From contig JAJPHT010000013.1 of assembly GCA_021325135.1 (NCBI GenBank), positions 99,815 through 163,814 of the forward strand: a DNA stretch of 64,000 bases, given 5' to 3'. A model generated the notes under the pieces. It made no database searches. It was not told the origin of the DNA and saw nothing but the letters and a program-made list of their open reading frames with translations. Below are positions 17,373 to 25,884 of this stretch, piece by piece; within the stretch, counting starts at the first letter, position 1; every line of letters begins with the position of its first letter. The stretch comes from Pseudomonadota bacterium (GTDB taxonomy: Archaea; Thermoplasmatota; SW-10-69-26; JACQPN01; JAJPHT01). Position numbers and translations under genes: made by a program.

Positions 17373-18692
17373 TTAGCCCGCCAGCTCCTTCAGGAGCGCC
17401 GCCGCGTCGGGCTCCAGCTCGCCATCCGGCGTGCGCTGCGCGGTGCGCTGGAGCGCGGCGGCGATCTGGCCGGCGCCCAGCGACGGGTGCGCGTCCCACC
17501 CCAGGAGGGCGACGCCGGAGACGAGGGCCGTCGCCTGGCTCGTGCCGGTGCCCAGCGCGTAGCCGTGGCCCTTGTACGGGCCCGCGATGAGCTCACCGGG
17601 CGCCGCGAGGTCGACCCAGCTTCCCGAGCGCGAGAAGCTGGCGTGGTGGCGAGTCATGTCCAGCGCCGTGACGCCGATCACGCCGTCGTAGGCCGCCGGG
17701 TAGGCGGGGCAGTCGCCGCACTTGCCCAGGTTGCCCGCGCTGGCGACGAGGAGGGCCCCCTGGGCCTGCGCGCGCTCGACGGCGCGGCGCACGGCCTTGG
17801 AGTCCTGGTCGGTGCTCAGGCTCATGCTGATGACGTTCGCGCCGTGGTCGGCGCACCAGGCGATGCCCAGGGCGAGGTCGCCCTCGCCGCCGACGCCCTT
17901 GGCGTTGAGCACCTTCACGGCCATGATGCGCGCGTTGACGACGCCCGCCGTGCCCACGCCGTTGCCCACGGAGGCCGCCGCGACGCCCGCGACGTGCGTG
18001 CCGTGGCCCGCGTCGTCCATGGGGTCGTTGGTGCCGGCCACGAAGTTCCAGCCGTGGCTGCCATCCGGCGCGCTCCACATCTGCGACGCGAGGTCGGGGT
18101 GCGTGTAGTCCACGCCCGAGTCCACGACGCAGAGCGTCCGCGTCATGTGGCCCATGTCCAGCGCCCACGCGTCGGGGGCGTTCACGTCCGCGAGGCCCCA
18201 CTGGTACTTCAGCAGGGGGTCGGGCGTCAGGGCCGAGCCGTCCCAGCGGGACGAGTCCCACCGCGAGGAGTCCCACCGGGAGCTGTCCCAGCGGCTGGAG
18301 TCCCAGCGCGACGACTGGATCGTCGCCGAGTCCCACGCCGAGGAGTCCCAGCGGGAGGAGTCCCACCTGGACGAGTCCCAGCCGGCCGAGTCGCCGGCCA
18401 CGCTCTGCGCGCGGACGCCGCCGTCGCGCTCCGCGAACTGGACGGCGGGGTCCGCCGCCAGCGCCGCCAGGGCGCCCCCCACGTCGGGGACGCGCACCTC
18501 GGCGAGACCCAGCGCGGGGTCCGCCGCCAGGAGGGAGCCCGCGGCCCCCGCCGAGGCCGGCACGGGGGCGCCGGGCTCGAAGCCGACCAGGACGACCCCG
18601 GGGTCGTGGGCGCTTGCCAGCGGCGCGAGCCCGCCCGCAAGGAGCAGGACCGCCACGAGAGCGACAGCACGCGAAGTGGAACGGGGGATCAT
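17373..18692 (-). CDS. Secreted S8 subtilase with an internal WDSSR pentapeptide array
   Basis: Signal peptide, propeptide, VVDSGVD, GHGTHVAG, SAGN, GTSQAT; catalytic residues intact. Confidence 0.95.
   Translation of the reverse strand: MIPRSTSRAVALVAVLLLAGGLAPLASAHDPGVVLVGFEPGAPVPASAGAAGSLLAADPALGLAEVRVPDVGGALAALAADPAVQFAERDGGVRAQSVAGDSAGWDSSRWDSSRWDSSAWDSATIQSSRWDSSRWDSSRWDSSRWDSSRWDGSALTPDPLLKYQWGLADVNAPDAWALDMGHMTRTLCVVDSGVDYTHPDLASQMWSAPDGSHGWNFVAGTNDPMDDAGHGTHVAGVAAASVGNGVGTAGVVNARIMAVKVLNAKGVGGEGDLALGIAWCADHGANVISMSLSTDQDSKAVRRAVERAQAQGALLVASAGNLGKCGDCPAYPAAYDGVIGVTALDMTRHHASFSRSGSWVDLAAPGELIAGPYKGHGYALGTGTSQATALVSGVALLGWDAHPSLGAGQIAAALQRTAQRTPDGELEPDAAALLKELAG
18238..18395 (-). repeat. 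15-nt-period coding repeat: nine WDxxx units, six of them exact WDSSR
   Basis: TCCCA recurs every 15 nt from 18241 to 18376, with one degenerate unit at 18316; synonymous codons differ between copies. Confidence 0.95.
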
Positions 18693-18907
18693 TGAGGGGC
18701 ACTTCCCACAGCACGGGCCTGCCGGAGCAGGCGCACAGCCAGGTACCTCTCCTGTCGCGAGCCCTATTTAGTCTGTTTCCGCGCCCATTGAAGAGGCCCT
18801 GGGGCCCGCGTGGACCCCTGTCCCTGGGCGGGCCGAGGGGAGCCCCCGAAGCCCGACCTGGACCCGTCCGCTCCGCCCGCCGGCCCCCGCGTGGGGCGCC
18901 CCGCCGC

Positions 18908-18962
18908 CATGGGGAATCGGCAGGCGCCGAACCACTCCCCGACATGGGGAAATCGTTAATTA
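18908..18962 (+). promoter_or_regulatory. Direct repeat CATGGGGA(A)ATCG abutting an AT-rich TATA-like box
   Basis: Copies at 18908-18919 and 18943-18955, then TTAATTA; lies in the divergent region between the protease and the PEPCK-like gene. Confidence 0.45.
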
Positions 18963-19028
18963 CGACCATCCTCTCCTCGGCCCGTTCCTCGCCCATTGGC
19001 GGGGCATCACTCCCCTGGGTTGACGCTG

Positions 19029-20210
19029 ATGACCACGCGCACGCAGCTGAACAACTACGTCACCGCCTCGCAGGGCCGCGGCCCCTCCAACAAGAACGTC
19101 TCCGTCAAGGAGCTCGACGCCCTCCTGGCGAAGGTCAAGCCCCACCTCACCAAGGACAACACGTACGAGTGGGACGCGAACATCAACGGCATCATCGTCC
19201 GCCTCACCACCAACTCGCTCCACCAGTACGAGTTCTGGATGCAGAACTGGTGGCCCGGCCCCAACAACGACAGCATCCTGCCCCACGGCAAGATCTACAG
19301 CGTCTTCGGCGTGCCCGACCACGAGCCCTACGCCTACTACTGCCCCGACCGCCACACGGCCGTCTTCGTGAACACCGAGTACTACGGCCAGTGCAAGAGC
19401 TGGGCCCTCGGCCTCGCGTGCCACATCCTGGAGCAGAAGTACAACACGCACAGCATCCACGGCGCGTGCGCCGAGATCGACGGCAAGGGCGTCGTCATCA
19501 TCGCGCCCACCGGCACGGGCAAGACCACGCAGGTCAACAAGCTCTTCAAGCACGCCCGCGGCCGCGTCGTGGGCGACGACTGGATCTACATCAAGCACCC
19601 GGACAACATCGACCAGCTCAAGGAGCCCATCCTCGAGGTCACGCAGCCCGAGAAGTCGCTCTACGTGCGCACGGAGAACGCGAAGGAGGAGCAGTGGCTC
19701 CGCCCCATCTTCGACCGCTGCATGCTGGAGAACGTCGTCACGGACGCCAGCAAGTGCGAGCACCCGCCCGGCGAGAAGTGCGCCATCAAGGACGAGGGCG
19801 ACAGCAAGTGCTACTGGGGCTTCGGCAACAGCCGCGCCATGATCCCCCGCGAGTGGATGGCGGGCAAGGAGAAGGTGGGCGACAAGGCCAACCTGCGCCT
19901 CATCGTGCTCCTGCGCCGCGACAAGGAGAGCCCCGCCGAGGTCAGCGTCAACGCCGACGAGGCCATCCGCATCCTCAAGGAGGGCAAGACGCTCATCCGC
20001 CCCGGCGCGGGCCCCCGCGAGAAGTGGGGCACCTACGGCTACGAGCCCTGGTACAACCCGTACCTCCTCTTCGCCGACCACGAGCGCCAGGAGAAGTTCT
20101 TCCGCGACGAGATGCGCGCGGCCCGCGTCGTCATCATCAACACCGGCGCGCCGGGCGAGAGCATCGAGCGGACCTACCAGCGCATCCTGGCCAACCTCGA
20201 GAAGGCGTAG
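19029..20210 (+). CDS. Divergent PEP carboxykinase (ATP-type)/HPr-kinase-fold P-loop protein
   Basis: NTEYYGQCKS, IHGAC, APTGTGKTT, VGDDW, EKSLYVRT, LENVV, NSRA; strong C-ending codon bias. Confidence 0.7.
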   Translation: MTTRTQLNNYVTASQGRGPSNKNVSVKELDALLAKVKPHLTKDNTYEWDANINGIIVRLTTNSLHQYEFWMQNWWPGPNNDSILPHGKIYSVFGVPDHEPYAYYCPDRHTAVFVNTEYYGQCKSWALGLACHILEQKYNTHSIHGACAEIDGKGVVIIAPTGTGKTTQVNKLFKHARGRVVGDDWIYIKHPDNIDQLKEPILEVTQPEKSLYVRTENAKEEQWLRPIFDRCMLENVVTDASKCEHPPGEKCAIKDEGDSKCYWGFGNSRAMIPREWMAGKEKVGDKANLRLIVLLRRDKESPAEVSVNADEAIRILKEGKTLIRPGAGPREKWGTYGYEPWYNPYLLFADHERQEKFFRDEMRAARVVIINTGAPGESIERTYQRILANLEKA

Positions 20211-20216
20211 GCCTCC

Positions 20217-20630
20217 GTGGACCTGTCCCTGCGCCCCATCGGCGTCGTGCGCTCGCCCTACGCCACGCCGCTGGACGCGCCGCGGCAGGGCGAGTTCGCC
20301 CGAAGGGAGAGCGTCGTCGAGATCGAGGAGCGCTATCACGACGGGCTCGCAGGCATCGAGGCGGGCGCGCGCCTGCTGGTCGTCTGGTGGGCCCACCTCG
20401 CGGACCGCCGCGTGCTATCACGGCCCGGGACGGACGGCGTGTTCGCCATGCGCACGCCCCACAGGCCCAACCCCGTCTGCCTCTCTGAGGTGGAGGTCGT
20501 CTCGCGCGAGGGCGGGCGCCTCGTCGTCCTCGGCCTTGAGGCCACGGACGGCACGCCCGTCCTGGACCTCAAGGCGGCGCGCGCGGAGTACGACGGTTGG
20601 TGCGGGCTGCCAGGCGTCGGCACTCTGTAA
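20217..20630 (+). CDS. tsaA: TsaA/TrmO-like tRNA m6t6A37 methyltransferase domain
   Basis: PIGVVRSPY...APRQG, GVFAMRTPHRPNP, GLEATDGTPVLDLK. Confidence 0.85.
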   Translation: MDLSLRPIGVVRSPYATPLDAPRQGEFARRESVVEIEERYHDGLAGIEAGARLLVVWWAHLADRRVLSRPGTDGVFAMRTPHRPNPVCLSEVEVVSREGGRLVVLGLEATDGTPVLDLKAARAEYDGWCGLPGVGTL

Positions 20631-20678
20631 CACCTTACACAATCCTTGAGGCGCAAGGGCGCCGCCGGGACCCGAAAC

Positions 20679-20697
20679 CATTCGTCGAACGAATGGC
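20679..20697. promoter_or_regulatory. Palindrome, candidate operator of the secreted-protein cluster
   Basis: CCATTCGT-CGA-ACGAATGG. Confidence 0.45.
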
Positions 20698-20817
20698 CAG
20701 AACGTCCTTTCTCCCCATTCCGGAACCGGGCCGCGCAGGGGGTCCCCCGACACCCGGAAGCCCGCAAGAGCGGACCGGGGACGGGGGCTGCCCTACGTTT
20801 GCCAAGGGTGACACAAG

Positions 20818-21483
20818 ATGAAGACGCAATATGCATGGAGCTTGCTCCTTGTCGGCGCGGTGCTGGTCGTTCCAGCGATGGCCCTCGCCCAGGGAACCAA
20901 CAACGGGCTTCCCGCCCCGGACTGCATGTCCACGGGCGCGGTGGGGCTTCAGGCGGTCAATGACCTCCATTCCTCGGTCGTCGACGAGACGAGCCGGTCC
21001 CAGAAGGTCGCCGTCACGGACAACGACGTGCTGCTCGCGATCGCGCTGCACAACAACGGCGCCGGGAACGTCAGCTGGGACAAGGTCCGCAGCGTCCAGC
21101 AGGTGGCCAGCCACACCATGAGCGCGAGCCAGACCGCGAAGCTGGACCGCGACGACGTGTTCAGCGCCCTCGCGCTGGGCATCCACGACGCCGTGGGCAG
21201 CCTTGAGGCCCTCGCGTGCGTGAGCGACATCACGACCGCCATGACGCAGACGCAGACGCTGACGCGCAACACGAGCCTCGACCAGAACACGGTCCTGCTC
21301 GCGATCGCGCTGCACAACAGCGCCGGCAGCGGCCTCAACTACGACGACGTGGCGAACTTCGCCGAGTCGCAGCGCACCCAGGTGTCGCACGACCAGGACG
21401 TCACGGTCCCGCGCGACAACACGTTCCTGGCCCTCGCGCTGGGCGCCGGCGGATCGGGTCCCAACGCGACCCCCAGCGGCTGA
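20818..21483 (+). CDS. Secreted protein with an internal duplication (four S/T/Q-rich plus LAIAL/LALG modules)
   Basis: Signal peptide; D.VLLAIALHN x2 and RD..F.ALALG x2; two Cys. Confidence 0.8.
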   Translation: MKTQYAWSLLLVGAVLVVPAMALAQGTNNGLPAPDCMSTGAVGLQAVNDLHSSVVDETSRSQKVAVTDNDVLLAIALHNNGAGNVSWDKVRSVQQVASHTMSASQTAKLDRDDVFSALALGIHDAVGSLEALACVSDITTAMTQTQTLTRNTSLDQNTVLLAIALHNSAGSGLNYDDVANFAESQRTQVSHDQDVTVPRDNTFLALALGAGGSGPNATPSG

Positions 21484-21500
21484 GCCGGCCGGATCCTCTT

Positions 21501-21550
21501 GGGGAGCCTCGGCTCCCCGCCCCCTTTCCTTCCTTTCCTTCTCCCCTTCT
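21501..21550 (+). terminator. Hairpin plus pyrimidine tract
   Basis: GGGGAGCC-TC-GGCTCCCC followed by CTTTCCTTCCTTTCCTT. Confidence 0.6.
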
Positions 21551-21633
21551 TGCGCAGTTCTCCTTGAGGCGTGCGGCCAGCAGCCCCCTTTGGGCCACAA
21601 CTCCGATGGCCGGGCGGCCAGGTGGCTCACCGC

Positions 21634-22473
21634 ATGCGGATGCAACTCCTCTGCCTCGCGCTCGCCGCGGGCGTGCTGCTCGCGCCGGCGGCGCACGCCC
21701 AGGACTCGAACCAGACTCCGGCCACCCCCACGCCGGCCAAGGAGCGTGGCGAGCCCTCGAGCACGAGCTACGACCTCGACTTCTCGACGCCGGGCGCCGC
21801 CACGCTGCGCGTCGAGCAGGTCTGGGACGGGCAGCGGGGGGCCGACTTCCGCCAGAGCCTCGACGCCTACTTCGGCAACGGCGACGGCAAGCTCGCCCCG
21901 GACGAGATCGGGCACATCCAGAGCGCCGCGGTCCACGACATGCAGAACCAGTCGCTCCCCCTCCTCACGGTGGACGGCGCGGCGGCGACGGTGCAGTCGG
22001 CCAACGTCACGCTGGAGGGCGCGGAGGGGAACGTCAGCAGCGCCGACCCGGTGAAGATGACCCACTCGGTCGTGCTCGCGCTCCCGCCGCAGTCGGGCGA
22101 CAGCCGCGCCATCACGTTCCACCCCGTCTGGGACGGGCACGCGGACCTCCATGCGCCCGACGGGCAGGTGTTCGTGCTGCCGGGCACGACGCAGGGCGTG
22201 GCCGCTCCGGGCATCGACGTCACGGCCCAGTCCTCCGTGACGTTCACCATGCGCCCCCAGACGGCGCAGGACCAGACGGGGGCGCCCGCGACGCCCAGCA
22301 GCGGTGGCGGCGGCAGCGCGGCCACGCCCACGAGCAACGGCTCGGGCGGCAACGCGAGCGCGCCGCAGGAGTCGGCGAAGCCGCCTCGCAAGGTGCCGCT
22401 CCCCTCCGTGGCCCTCGTCGTGGGGGCCTGCGCCCTGATCGCCCTCGCCCTCCCGAAGAGACGGCTCCGATGA
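21634..22473 (+). CDS. Cell-surface protein with a C-terminal VPLP-TM-basic sorting/anchor signal
   Basis: Signal peptide, GNGDGKL...E Ca-binding-like loop, G/S/T linker, KVPLPS + TM + KRRLR. Confidence 0.75.
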   Translation: MRMQLLCLALAAGVLLAPAAHAQDSNQTPATPTPAKERGEPSSTSYDLDFSTPGAATLRVEQVWDGQRGADFRQSLDAYFGNGDGKLAPDEIGHIQSAAVHDMQNQSLPLLTVDGAAATVQSANVTLEGAEGNVSSADPVKMTHSVVLALPPQSGDSRAITFHPVWDGHADLHAPDGQVFVLPGTTQGVAAPGIDVTAQSSVTFTMRPQTAQDQTGAPATPSSGGGGSAATPTSNGSGGNASAPQESAKPPRKVPLPSVALVVGACALIALALPKRRLR

Positions 22474-22485
22474 CGAGACCTGACG

Positions 22486-23274
22486 ATGCGTGCGCTGTCG
22501 CTGGTCCTGGCGTTCCTGCTCGCGTCCAGCGCAGCCGCCGGCCTCGTGCCCGTCATCGGCGAGCCCGTGGCGCCGCCCGCGCCCGAGCCGGCGTTCTGCC
22601 CTGAGCGCATCACCGAGGTCACGGGCGCGCCCACGGACTCGGTGTCCGAGGCGCGCCTCGTGGGCCACGACGTCGTCCACAACGTGGAGGCGGACACGAA
22701 CCTGACGCTGGCCATCGTCGCGCTTGCGGCCGCACTGCACGAGCGCCCGGACTTCGCCAACCTCACCAACTTCACCGAGGACACGCGGGACACCTGCATG
22801 CTCAGCCTGCGCGACACGCCGGGCGAGAACCTCTCGCGCCTCGCGCAGCAGCTCCACATCGCGAGGCTCCCCGCCAACGCCTCCGTCTCGCTGGAGCTCT
22901 CGACGCATCACGAGCATCGCGTCTCGCTCGGGACGCAGACCGCGCTGGCCGCCCTCGCCATGGCCGGGGCGGGCATGCCGCCGCGCCTCGACGAGGTGCT
23001 CAGCGTCGAGGACCACTCGTGGACCAACCTCACGCGCAGCCAGGTCGTCCAGCTGGACGACGACGCGCCCGCGCCGGAGCCCGCCCCCGTGGAGCCCCTT
23101 CCCGCGACGCCCGCGCCCGTGGCGCCCCACCCGCTGCCGGTCCCGACGCCGCCCACCCCTCCGCCACCACCCCCGAAGAGGGCGACCGCGCCGACGCCCC
23201 CCGCCGCGGCGGAGCCCACGCCGGCCACGCCGACGAACGACAACGGCCTCGCGTCCCTGCTGGGCGGGATCTAG
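22486..23274 (+). CDS. Secreted protein, distant paralog of 20818-21483, with a Pro-rich tail
   Basis: Signal peptide; LALAMAGAG...EVLSV...SQVVQLD resembles LAIALHNNGAG...KVRSV...SQTAKLD. Confidence 0.7.
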   Translation: MRALSLVLAFLLASSAAAGLVPVIGEPVAPPAPEPAFCPERITEVTGAPTDSVSEARLVGHDVVHNVEADTNLTLAIVALAAALHERPDFANLTNFTEDTRDTCMLSLRDTPGENLSRLAQQLHIARLPANASVSLELSTHHEHRVSLGTQTALAALAMAGAGMPPRLDEVLSVEDHSWTNLTRSQVVQLDDDAPAPEPAPVEPLPATPAPVAPHPLPVPTPPTPPPPPPKRATAPTPPAAAEPTPATPTNDNGLASLLGGI

Positions 23275-23441
23275 GCCCGCGGCCGGAGCCGGCGGCCCAG
23301 GATGGCGGCGCGGAGGGCCGCCTGGCGGACCTGCCACTCGGCCACGCGCTCGGAGAGGAACAGCCCCCGGCGCGCGGCGCGGCCCAGCTCCGCGTGGACC
23401 CGAAGCACTTCCGCGACGTCGGCCGGGATGCGGCGGGGCAC
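23271..23441 (-). CDS. Possible small basic protein (56 aa)
   Basis: GTG-start ORF MPRRIPADVAEVLRVHAELG..., with a CTAG stop overlap like other convergent pairs here. Confidence 0.3.
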   Translation of the reverse strand: MPRRIPADVAEVLRVHAELGRAARRGLFLSERVAEWQVRQAALRAAILGRRLRPRA

Positions 23442-23508
23442 GCGGGGGGCTCAGGCCTGCGGAGGCAAGAGCCTTCCCCCGCTGCGGAATCAGGACCAAA
23501 TGGACAAA

Positions 23509-23718
23509 TCAAAGGGCTTTCCCGCCGCCCCGACTGAAGTAGAACCCAACTACCGCCATCATGAGTCCAACGAGAATCATGGACACGGACTGGACATCCG
23601 GGAGCCGGAGAACCCATCCAATACAGATGATCGTCAAGCATCCGCCTATGACCAAGAAGGCAAGGTGAGAGCGCGTCCGCTCGGGGTCGCGTCCCTTCGA
23701 TTCCTCGGGGTCGCCCAT
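23509..23718 (-). CDS. Small two-TM membrane protein in a low-GC islet
   Basis: LAFLVIGGCLTIICIGWVL and MILVGLMMAVVGFYFSR. Confidence 0.55.
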   Translation of the reverse strand: MGDPEESKGRDPERTRSHLAFLVIGGCLTIICIGWVLRLPDVQSVSMILVGLMMAVVGFYFSRGGGKAL

Positions 23719-24116
23719 CGCCAAGCAGAACCACCTCAATCTTGGTTGTTTCCGAGCTTTGTCACCCGTCCCGCTCAAACTTCGGATCGAACGGATCGGT
23801 TGAGCCGGCTGGATGACACGAGGCGTTCTATATGAACCAGCAGGCCCCAACCCCCCCGGACTTCACCAAATCCACTAGATATGCCTCCGCCAGCATGGCG
23901 ATGGAAGCGTTCACGCGGGGATTACATATCTCTACGTGACTTAGGATGCCACTACGCACCAACAAGTGAGATTACAGTTTCTTTAAGTAGTGAAAAACGG
24001 CGCCTCGTGCCATGTGCGAGGGAGGCGTTCAATCCACCTTCGGCGCGGAGGCGGTAGCGAACCGGCTTACACCGATCTCCAAATCGTTATCCCCTGATAG
24101 TGGGGTGGGTAGGCCA

Positions 24117-24479
24117 ATGCTGATCCGAATCTTTCTTGTTGCGTCGGCCTTTGTGCTCCTTTCCTGCCTCGTCCCATATTCCAGCGCCACATGTGTAGGC
24201 AACGTCTGCGCGATGTGCTACCCTCCCGCCTACTGCTACGCGTACGATTACTCCCTCGCAACGAACGTGAATGGTGGCGTCGGCTCCTCCAACTATTGTC
24301 GCGACGGGTTCGGCAATTACGGGCCCTGCACCTACGAAGGGGCAGGAATCGATACAATCAGTGTCGGAGTAGTGGAGTTTGTCACAGCCGGGTTAGGGGG
24401 CGTGAACGTCGCGATCTGCCCTTACAACAGCATCGTCACCAACGTGTACCCGTGCACGTACGCCGGCCAAACCCTGTAG
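24117..24479 (+). CDS. Secreted Cys/Tyr/Gly-rich small protein (8 Cys in the mature part)
   Basis: Signal peptide ending SSA; atypical, lower-GC codon use. Confidence 0.65.
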   Translation: MLIRIFLVASAFVLLSCLVPYSSATCVGNVCAMCYPPAYCYAYDYSLATNVNGGVGSSNYCRDGFGNYGPCTYEGAGIDTISVGVVEFVTAGLGGVNVAICPYNSIVTNVYPCTYAGQTL

Positions 24480-24757
24480 TCCCACGCGCCGTTTAAGGCG
24501 ACAGTGGTGGGTGGCATTCTCCGGTTCACCGGCTTTGGGGGGCTGAATCGTGGCCGATCCGCATTTGGCTCAGCCCCGCAGGTTTCGGGTGGTCAAGGGT
24601 CGGGGTCAAGCTGAGAGGAGCAGAGGAGCAGAAACGCTCAAATACCCGAATCACAGCCTCGCGCTTGTCTCGGAAAGATGATTGATTTGCCCCCAGCGGC
24701 TCCGCTGGGCTGGTTTTTCGCGAAGGAATTTTCCGCAGCGCGGCCGCTGGCCCGCCC

Positions 24758-25459
24758 ATGCCGACCTCGCCCCAGGTCCTTGCCGCCGACCGGCCGGTCT
24801 ACCTGTACGTCGAGTCCGACGGCATGGTCTACCTGGTCCGGCGCGAGGGGAGGCTGGCCTTCCCCAGGGAGGGGGAGGTGGACCTGGAATTGGAGTTCAA
24901 GGGCGAGATGGACTTCCCCGAGGGGAAAGTCCTCTTCGCCGTCCCCAGCCTGGAGGCGTGGCCCCGCGACTGGACGTTCAAGGACGACGTGCCGGGGCGC
25001 ACCGACGTGGAGCCCATCGTCCAGCGCGCCATCAACGCGAGCCTCGTGCGCGAGGTCGTGGGGGCCCTGGTCTTCCACCCCGACCAGGAGCGCATCCTCC
25101 TCGTGAAGGCCAGCCGCGGCTTCACCAAGGGGATGTGGAACATCCCGGGCGGCTTCGTGACCTACGGCGAGCCCCCCGAGGCCTCCATGCACCGCGAGAT
25201 GGAGGAGGAGACGGGCCTCACGATCCGGCTGGAGAAGCTCCTGGGCGTGTTCACGCAGAAGTTCGGCAGCCCCTACTACATGCGGGGGCACATGTTCCTC
25301 GCGCGGGCCCTCACCACCGAATTGACCCTCCAGGCCGACGAGATCGCGGCCGCGCAGTGGTTCCCCGTGGCCGAGGCTCGCAAGCTGGTGATGAACCCCT
25401 TCGCCCGCCGCGCGCTGGACGCGCACGAGAAGGGGCGGGGCCTCCCGCTCGACGGGTGA
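24758..25459 (+). CDS. NUDIX hydrolase
   Basis: WNIPGGFVTYGEPPEASMHREMEEETGL Nudix box. Confidence 0.92.
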   Translation: MPTSPQVLAADRPVYLYVESDGMVYLVRREGRLAFPREGEVDLELEFKGEMDFPEGKVLFAVPSLEAWPRDWTFKDDVPGRTDVEPIVQRAINASLVREVVGALVFHPDQERILLVKASRGFTKGMWNIPGGFVTYGEPPEASMHREMEEETGLTIRLEKLLGVFTQKFGSPYYMRGHMFLARALTTELTLQADEIAAAQWFPVAEARKLVMNPFARRALDAHEKGRGLPLDG

Positions 25460-25476
25460 CCCGGACAAACCCTGAA

Positions 25477-25881
25477 ATGCCCCTTCCGCGGAGAGCAGGG
25501 GCCGTGCAGCGCGGGTTCCGGTTCCTTGCGGGGGTGTTCGCCCTCCTGCTCGCCATGCCCGCCCTGGGGCTCGTGGCGGTGGGCGCGCGGGGCGTCGCCC
25601 GGCTGAAGGCGGCCGACCTCGCCCTGGCCGGCATCCTGCTCACGGCCGCGTTCGTGATCGCCTCCGCCCTCTCCTCGCGCAGCCGCAGCGGCATCCTCGC
25701 CTCCGCGGCCTTCGTCATCAGCACCTCGCTGGTCGCGTTCGCCATGGTCCCCGTCGCCGGCCCCGGCTGGCCCCAGAACGCGGCGCTGGGCGGCTTCCTC
25801 GCGGCGGGCGGCCTGGCCCTCGCCCTGTCGGCCCCGGCGAAGCCGGCACAACGTTCTTCCATGCGCGCGGCCGACTCGTGA
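25477..25881 (+). CDS. Four-TM membrane protein
   Basis: Four hydrophobic helices; start codon uncertain. Confidence 0.55.
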   Translation: MPLPRRAGAVQRGFRFLAGVFALLLAMPALGLVAVGARGVARLKAADLALAGILLTAAFVIASALSSRSRSGILASAAFVISTSLVAFAMVPVAGPGWPQNAALGGFLAAGGLALALSAPAKPAQRSSMRAADS

Positions 25882-25884
25882 GGC

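Noticed and set aside
18238-18395. CRISPR array or DNA-level VNTR
   Set aside because: In-frame 15-nt coding period, no spacers, and synonymous divergence between units.
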